Shown here: in pieces, positions 36,920 through 42,291 of the stretch
How positions within the stretch are numbered: the first letter of the stretch is position 1
Layout of the letters: every line of letters starts with the position of its first letter
Origin: Elusimicrobiota bacterium
Lineage (GTDB): Bacteria; Elusimicrobiota; Elusimicrobia; UBA1565
Length of the DNA stretch: 42,291 nucleotides
Direction of reading: 5' to 3'
Assembly (NCBI GenBank): GCA_043819795.1
Contig: JBDREN010000226.1
Coordinates: 1 to 42,291, forward strand
Translations under genes and position numbers: made by a program
The notes under the pieces: generated by a model
The model's input: only the letters and a program-made list of their open reading frames with translations
The model's database searches: none
Told to the model about the DNA's origin: nothing

Positions 36920-38211
36920 TTTACCTTCTCCCCGTAGTAGACCCCGCGGTCGCTCTGCACCCGGGCGGCCATGGGACAGGTCGGGCAGTTCATCGCCGCT
37001 TTCGCGTACCTCTCAACCTTCAGGAGCTGGTCCCAAGGATTCTTGCCGGCCAGCACGTCCCCTTGCGGGTCGAGGCCCGTGATCGCATGGAACATGGCTT
37101 CGGCCTCTTCCAGGCTCAGCACCGTGGGAGGCGGCTTGGGGAGCAGCTCCTCTTCCGGGTCTATATACCCCTCCGGATAGGGGGCCGTATCCCGCAGCGC
37201 CGTGATCACGTCGTCCGGGAGCTTCTGCCAGGAATCCTTATGGAATGAGCCGGGAATCCACTTTATCAGGATCCGCTCACTGCCGTCCTCCATCCTCGCA
37301 TAGGCGAGGCACGGGGTGTCCGAACGGCGTCCTTTCAGGCAGTACGTCGTGCCGCCCACGCCCTTCCCCGGTTTCAAGAGTATCGCCGATGTCTGCGCCC
37401 CATAGTTGCCTCTGTAGCCCTTATCGGAGACGATACCCTCGATGAGCTTCAGGCGGGGCTTGGACGGGCCCTCCTTCTTCACCAGCTTCTTCTTATCCGC
37501 GGGGCCCTTGTCCGACTTCGTCTCCAGGAGGCCGACCCAGGTCTTGGGCTTCGCCTCCTCCTCGTCCTTCTTGCCCTCGAGCCGCTCGAGGAGGCTCAGA
37601 CCGCTCTCCTGGCGCAGCCATAGATCGAGCCAGTGCCCGGTCTGGGGGAAGGAGATGACGATCCGTCTCAGGATCCGTGGATCCCGCCTGCTCAGGCCCA
37701 CGACGACGAAGAACAGGCAAAGCCCCATGAGCAGGAGCGCGCGGATCGGATATTTTTTGGCCAGCAGGAGGGCCGTGCCGGCGAGCCGGGACATCCGGTC
37801 ATGGACGGTTTCCCGCGCCGGGTCCGTGGCGATCCTGGTGACGGACGGCCGGCGGACGCCCGCTTCCCCCGCCCTGCGGACCGTGACCGGGCCCTCCTCG
37901 ATGAACTTGAGCTTATGGCGCCCGAACTCGATGACGTCGTTCGGATGAAGGGTCTCGGTCCGCACCGGCCTCCCATTGACCATGGTCCCGCTGCGGGAGC
38001 CCAGATCGGCGACCTTGTAAAGGCCTCCCTCGAAGAAGATCCGGCAGTGCCGGAGAGAGACCGCGGTGTCCGTAACGGCGACGTGGTTGTCGGGATGCCG
38101 CCCGACATTGAGGCCGAATGGGCCCAGAGGAAATGCGCCCATCCTTTTGTCCTTTAAATACAAATGGAGCTTATAGGTCTTCTCCGGAGGAACAGGCTCT
38201 TTGGGCACCAC
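36916..38211 (-). CDS. FHA-domain single-pass membrane protein with unknown Cys-containing C-terminal domain
   Basis: VGRHPDN, VSLRHC, DLGSRSGTMVNG, LHPNDVIEFG; TM ALLLMGLCLFFVVVGL; ATGA overlap with the Tad gene. Confidence 0.8.
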   Translation of the reverse strand: MVPKEPVPPEKTYKLHLYLKDKRMGAFPLGPFGLNVGRHPDNHVAVTDTAVSLRHCRIFFEGGLYKVADLGSRSGTMVNGRPVRTETLHPNDVIEFGRHKLKFIEEGPVTVRRAGEAGVRRPSVTRIATDPARETVHDRMSRLAGTALLLAKKYPIRALLLMGLCLFFVVVGLSRRDPRILRRIVISFPQTGHWLDLWLRQESGLSLLERLEGKKDEEEAKPKTWVGLLETKSDKGPADKKKLVKKEGPSKPRLKLIEGIVSDKGYRGNYGAQTSAILLKPGKGVGGTTYCLKGRRSDTPCLAYARMEDGSERILIKWIPGSFHKDSWQKLPDDVITALRDTAPYPEGYIDPEEELLPKPPPTVLSLEEAEAMFHAITGLDPQGDVLAGKNPWDQLLKVERYAKAAMNCPTCPMAARVQSDRGVYYGEKVK

Positions 38212-38256
38212 TGATATATTACCCGTATGGACCCATATTTCAAGAACAAAACCGTT

Positions 38257-39120
38257 TCAGCGCAGCAGGCGTATCTTCTTGTCTTTGAGCCTCTCTTCCA
38301 GCATCGGCTTCATAGGCCGCCGCGGGAGGGGCTGGAGGGAATCCCGCATGCGCAGGAAGACCCCTGCCGCCTGCCGGCGGCTCTCGGATGTCCGGCTCAG
38401 GAGCGCCATCGTCACGCAGGTCTCGCCCCGGAGCTTGATGAGGGAGAAGTCGCTGTATCTCCAGTACTTGCCGCCGTATCGGACGCCCCTCGGGCATGCG
38501 TAGTTGTATGCGCGCCGCGAAGCCACGATGCCGCGGGTGAGCGCGGAATCGTCCACCGTCCGGTCCGGGCAGGACGGACGGCAGGCGGGGCCGCTCTTGA
38601 TGAATATCCGGGAGTCCGCGGGGTCCCCCCGGGCCGGTTTCCAGGTATTGAGCAGGGTGTCGTCCGGCACATAGCCCTGCGGCGGGGCCACCCCCCAGCC
38701 CGTGACGTCGATCGCGTGCATCCTTCGGCCGCGGACAGTATCCTCCACGGCGAAGCCTCGAGCGTCGGCGCCCGCGGAGTGGGAGCCTTCCGCGTCATCT
38801 TCCGGACCGAAGAAGCCCGCGATGCCCTTAGGGAGCTTCGGGGCTACGAGGTTCGCCGCGAGCTGGTTCTCGCCCGAGATCGCCGATCGGATCAGCGGGT
38901 CGACCGGACTCTCGGCGGCGCCGCCGCCCAGGAGATTTCTGTTCTCGAAAACCTCCGCTCCGGGTTTTGCCGTTTGGAATCGATTCTCCTTATACCAAAC
39001 GCCGAGGGCGAGCAAGCCGAAAAGGGCCGTGGGAATCAGGACGACCGAAATAAGGCGGAAGCGCTTCCGGGCGATGTAGACTTGGTATGTAAACCAAAAA
39101 GATAATCTCCCCCCTATCAT
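38257..39120 (-). CDS. Membrane-anchored exported protein of unknown function (family B)
   Basis: N-terminal TM; paralog of 34302-35141; TATACT -10-like hexamer at 39160-39155. Confidence 0.75.
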   Translation of the reverse strand: MIGGRLSFWFTYQVYIARKRFRLISVVLIPTALFGLLALGVWYKENRFQTAKPGAEVFENRNLLGGGAAESPVDPLIRSAISGENQLAANLVAPKLPKGIAGFFGPEDDAEGSHSAGADARGFAVEDTVRGRRMHAIDVTGWGVAPPQGYVPDDTLLNTWKPARGDPADSRIFIKSGPACRPSCPDRTVDDSALTRGIVASRRAYNYACPRGVRYGGKYWRYSDFSLIKLRGETCVTMALLSRTSESRRQAAGVFLRMRDSLQPLPRRPMKPMLEERLKDKKIRLLR

Positions 39121-39274
39121 ATTCGCCGCGGCCGACGAGAAGCGCTTCAGTCCCAGTATAGCCCCAATCCCCCGGGCATGCCAGGGAACGGCGACTCAGC
39201 GTGCTGTTGGCTCGGTGTCAGGCGGCCAGCAAGGAGGACAACAGGATCGCGCAGACCATCAGCGCCTATACTAG

Positions 39275-39311
39275 AAAAAACGCGGCCGCCGGCCCTTTCG
39301 GGCCGGCGGCC
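39275..39311 (-). terminator. Rho-independent terminator of the S8 protease gene
   Basis: Minus strand GGCCGCCGGCCC-GAAA-GGGCCGGCGGCC followed by GCGTTTTTT. Confidence 0.8.
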
Positions 39312-39332
39312 TTCCTTGGTGCGCCGTCTTCC

Positions 39333-41384
39333 CTAAGCGATCCCGAGGAAGAAGCGCACGAGCCCGTGCAGGCGCGCGAGCGCCGGCAGGGGGGCGTTGT
39401 CCTTGAGCAGCTTCGCGGAGTACTCGAAGGCCGCCCAGACGTTGACGAACCCGTCGCCGACCTCGTTGACCGGAGCGACCTTCTCCGCCGTCTGCGTCAT
39501 GGCGTGGCGGGCCAGGTCCATCGCGAACTGCGTCAGCTCGGGCCCGGGCAGGTTGGGAAGGGTGTCCTTGAGCAGGACGAGGATTCCGCGGGTCAGGAGC
39601 AGGAAGCTCCCGAACACGCCCGGGTTGCTCATGGAGGTGCCGGACATCGCGGCGCCCGGGCCGCCCAGCTCCTCGACGGTCTTGCCGGAGGGCACCGGCG
39701 CGACGAGGTTCACGCCCACGCCGCTCTCATCCGGCTTCTGCGGGTAGTCCTTATACTGATCGCCGCGGGAGGTCACGCGGCTGCCGGGGCCGCGGGAGGA
39801 GAAGTACGCGGTCTTCTTGTTCGCGTCCGAGGCCGCGATGGCCTTGATGCGCTTGACCCGCCCGATGACCTTGCCGTTGATGACGAGGTCGACGTTGTGG
39901 TAGGCGATGGCCGGCCCGCCGATGGTGTTCCTGCTGGAGCCGGAGTTCCCGGCGGAGATGCTGTGGTGCATGCCCTCGGCGGCCGTCTTGACGAAGAGCT
40001 TCTCGATGGCGCCCTCGGGGTTGCCCGAGCCGTCGCCCCACGAGTTCGTGGTCGCCATGGCGCCGTCCTTCTGCGCCATGTTGACCTTGAAGAGGATGTC
40101 GCCCTCCGAGGCGCGCCCGTTCGGGAAGATGTTGTAGTTGCGGCCGTGGAAGTTGAAGATGTCCACGCCGACCACGGTGCCGGCCGTGTGCGTGCCGTGA
40201 GCCTCGCCGTCGTCGTCATTGGCGACGCTCTTGAGGAAGCGCCCCTTCAAGAAGGGGTGGTCCACGAACGACCAGCTGTCGAGGATCGCCCAGGGCAGGA
40301 CCGGGTTCTCCGGGGCCACGCCCAGGACGTTCTTCTTCACCCAGGCCGCGGCGCGGGCGAACAGGGACGGCTTCCGGCTCTTCTCGGGAGCCGGCGCGGC
40401 GGGCTCGCCCAGCACCTTCTTGAGCTCAGCCTGCAGCTTATCGGCGCCGATGATGGAGCCCATCTCCTTGAGGCCCACGGTCCTAGCCGAAGGCTCGGCC
40501 TGCTGGGGCGCGGGCCGCGCGAACACGCGGCCGACCTGCACCTGGAGGCCGAGGGCCTTCATTGCGCTCGTGAGCGAGGCCGCGTCCTTGCCGGGCACGC
40601 GGATGACGGCGGTGTTGATCTGCGCGACGGTCCCGAGCGCCTCGGCCCCGTGCACGGAGAGCAGGGAGCGCGTGATCCCGAAAAGGCCGAGCTGCTTTTG
40701 GAGGGCCGTGTCGATGGACCGGCGGCTCACGCCCTGCGAAAGGTTGGCGGGGTAGACGTCCTGGGTGAGCTGGCGGCCCGAACCGTCAGCGGCCGAGACG
40801 ATGAGCTCGACCGGGGCGGAAGGGTCGGCAACCGCCGCGGCGACCGCGGAAGGGGTTTCGCCGATGCGGGCCGAGAAGTCCTGCTGGGCAGTTTCCTTGG
40901 AGGCCCCGGCGCTCATGTCCTTGTACTCAGGAGTCTTCTCGGAGAGAGCCCGCATCGTCTGGGTGAAGGGAGTCTCCTTGCCGTCGGCCGTCTGGAAGGC
41001 GGTGCGCAGGACGTTCACCTCTCGCACCGCCCCCGCGGCGCTAAGGTTCGCCGGAGGAGCCGGAGCCGCCGCGGCGTTGGCGGAGATCGCCGGAAGGGCT
41101 TCCACCCGCGCGGCCGCGTTCAGGGCCCGCACGGTCGGAAGGGCCTGCAGGGCCGGGGCCTGCGGCAGGCTGAGGCCGAGCGAGGGGCCGATGAGGTTCG
41201 TCCCGCTCAGGGCGGAGCCGCTCAGGGCGGAGCCGCTCAGGCTGCCCAGCGGGGCGACGGGGACGATGGGGGCCGAGGGGGCTGTACGGAGGGCCGTTCC
41301 GGCGACCATCTGGGCGTAGGCCGGGATCCCGGGCCCGAACGCCAGGAGCGACAGGGAAAGCATCGCGGACAGCGTGCGCTTCAT
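39333..41384 (-). CDS. Secreted S8 (subtilisin-like) serine peptidase
   Basis: Signal peptide MKRTLSAMLSLSLLAF...AYAQ; triad ILDS, HGTHTAG, SGTSMS; oxyanion SAGNSG; GAGAGG RBS. Confidence 0.9.
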   Translation of the reverse strand: MKRTLSAMLSLSLLAFGPGIPAYAQMVAGTALRTAPSAPIVPVAPLGSLSGSALSGSALSGTNLIGPSLGLSLPQAPALQALPTVRALNAAARVEALPAISANAAAAPAPPANLSAAGAVREVNVLRTAFQTADGKETPFTQTMRALSEKTPEYKDMSAGASKETAQQDFSARIGETPSAVAAAVADPSAPVELIVSAADGSGRQLTQDVYPANLSQGVSRRSIDTALQKQLGLFGITRSLLSVHGAEALGTVAQINTAVIRVPGKDAASLTSAMKALGLQVQVGRVFARPAPQQAEPSARTVGLKEMGSIIGADKLQAELKKVLGEPAAPAPEKSRKPSLFARAAAWVKKNVLGVAPENPVLPWAILDSWSFVDHPFLKGRFLKSVANDDDGEAHGTHTAGTVVGVDIFNFHGRNYNIFPNGRASEGDILFKVNMAQKDGAMATTNSWGDGSGNPEGAIEKLFVKTAAEGMHHSISAGNSGSSRNTIGGPAIAYHNVDLVINGKVIGRVKRIKAIAASDANKKTAYFSSRGPGSRVTSRGDQYKDYPQKPDESGVGVNLVAPVPSGKTVEELGGPGAAMSGTSMSNPGVFGSFLLLTRGILVLLKDTLPNLPGPELTQFAMDLARHAMTQTAEKVAPVNEVGDGFVNVWAAFEYSAKLLKDNAPLPALARLHGLVRFFLGIA

Positions 41385-41555
41385 GCGGCACACCTCTCTG
41401 GGACTGGATGTGGCTTCCATGGAGGCTATGATAGCGCACAACGGCTCCGGTCCCTGAGAGTCGAAAGGCCGGATCCCCGGCCGGCATTGTGCCTAGGCCG
41501 AGTAGGACCTTATCAAGGCCTGCGGGCGGACCATGGGCCTAGGCTCCCTAAATCC

Positions 41556-41821
41556 GGTATCAGGCTTCAACTTCTGCAACTTATGGAACTTTCTCATTGG
41601 TCGGTCGCATGTTGGGCATGCCGCGTCGCCCTAGGATCCACTTCCCCGGCGCGGTCGAGCGCTACGAGGAGTTCGTCCTAGACGGATCCGCGCCCGCAAA
41701 GCGATCTGCTCCCGAGGCCCCCATCCAACAAGCGCGTTTTCCCATACGCGCACGCCGACTGCCGCGCGGCAAGCGCCCGCGCTTGGCTGAACTGGCTCGG
41801 ACAACGGCGGAGAAGAGCGCG
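41556..41821 (+). mobile_element. Internally deleted RAYT transposase remnant with left end
   Basis: Left end GGTATCAGGCTTCAACTTCTGCAACTTATG matches the reverse complement of 29714-29743 at 27/30; ATG 41618 MPRRPRIHFPGA (RAYT N-terminus) fused to RYEEFV. Confidence 0.75.
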
Positions 41822-41841
41822 GGGAAGCGGCTTTATATTCT

Positions 41842-42126
41842 CTACTTAGTCTTAGTGATGTAGCCCTCACCCCAGTGATACGCTAGCGCAGTCATCATAG
41901 CCACGGCACCCGAAAGCAAAGCCACTAAACGATGGTTAGCGGCTAAAGCTCCAAAGGCCAAGCCGAGCCCTGTCCACATCACCGCGCCACAAATAACCGT
42001 CAGCCCTACCCGCAGAGAGAGCCGCGGCTTTTGCCTGTAGGACTTTTGACAAACCTGATAGATTGATATCGCGACTCCAATAAACCAAGTAACGAGAAGA
42101 GCGCTTAGGTAATCCGCTTCAATCAT
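41842..42126 (-). CDS. Small hypothetical membrane protein (3 TM)
   Basis: 94 aa with three hydrophobic segments; visibly AT-richer; lies between the RAYT remnant and the MITE. Confidence 0.55.
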   Translation of the reverse strand: MIEADYLSALLVTWFIGVAISIYQVCQKSYRQKPRLSLRVGLTVICGAVMWTGLGLAFGALAANHRLVALLSGAVAMMTALAYHWGEGYITKTK

Positions 42127-42127
42127 T

Positions 42128-42291
42128 TAACAGCCCGTGGCAAAAGTCTTCCGGGGCCTGCAATCGCCTGGAAGCGGCCTGCGCCTGCGTTGCTCCTCGG
42201 TCACATCCCGTCGAGGGATGCTCCCTCGTCGCGCCTTGGCTCGGCTCGCTCCAGGCGATTTCGCCGTCCGAAATACTTTTGCCACGGGCTG
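42128..42291. mobile_element. MITE-like element, copy 2 (runs to window end)
   Basis: 17-bp terminal inverted repeat CAGCCCGTGGCAAAAGT...ACTTTTGCCACGGGCTG preceded by TAA; no ORF. Confidence 0.85.

Noticed and set aside
36965..36995. c-type heme motif in the FHA protein
   Set aside because: It reads CPTCP, not CxxCH.

Overview
This is a high-GC bacterial window. The style of the secreted proteins and the Tad-domain gene suggests Elusimicrobiota, but that is inference. In order it holds: (1) a GC-hairpin tandem repeat, a glycerophosphodiester phosphodiesterase, a class I glutamine amidotransferase, a secreted NucA/EndoG-like protein lacking two catalytic residues, and a Cache-PAS hybrid histidine kinase; (2) a DUF2079-like/TPR membrane gene enclosed between two REP-like palindromes and a duplicated, internally deleted transketolase 3' end; (3) a minus-strand operon in which two atypical transketolase paralogs bracket a four-subunit 2-oxoacid:ferredoxin oxidoreductase and a GctAB-type CoA-transferase; (4) a divergent operon with two fold-type II PLP enzymes, a single-chain PreT-PreA (DPYD-like) flavo-FeS enzyme and a frameshifted SsnA amidohydrolase; (5) a hemerythrin-domain gene and an acyl-CoA carboxyltransferase with N-terminal 27-aa repeats; (6) an accessory region with RAYT-transposase remnants, MITEs, an Fe3+-type ABC transporter, two pairs of unrecognised paralogous exported proteins around a Tad pseudopilin and an FHA membrane protein, and a secreted S8 protease. 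The best candidates for undescribed systems are the dual-transketolase/oxidoreductase/CoA-transferase operon with its divergent SsnA/DPD partner, the Tad/FHA locus with two orphan paralog families, and the pseudo-nuclease. No rRNA, tRNA or CRISPR array was seen. All calls come from motif reading; no database searches were run.
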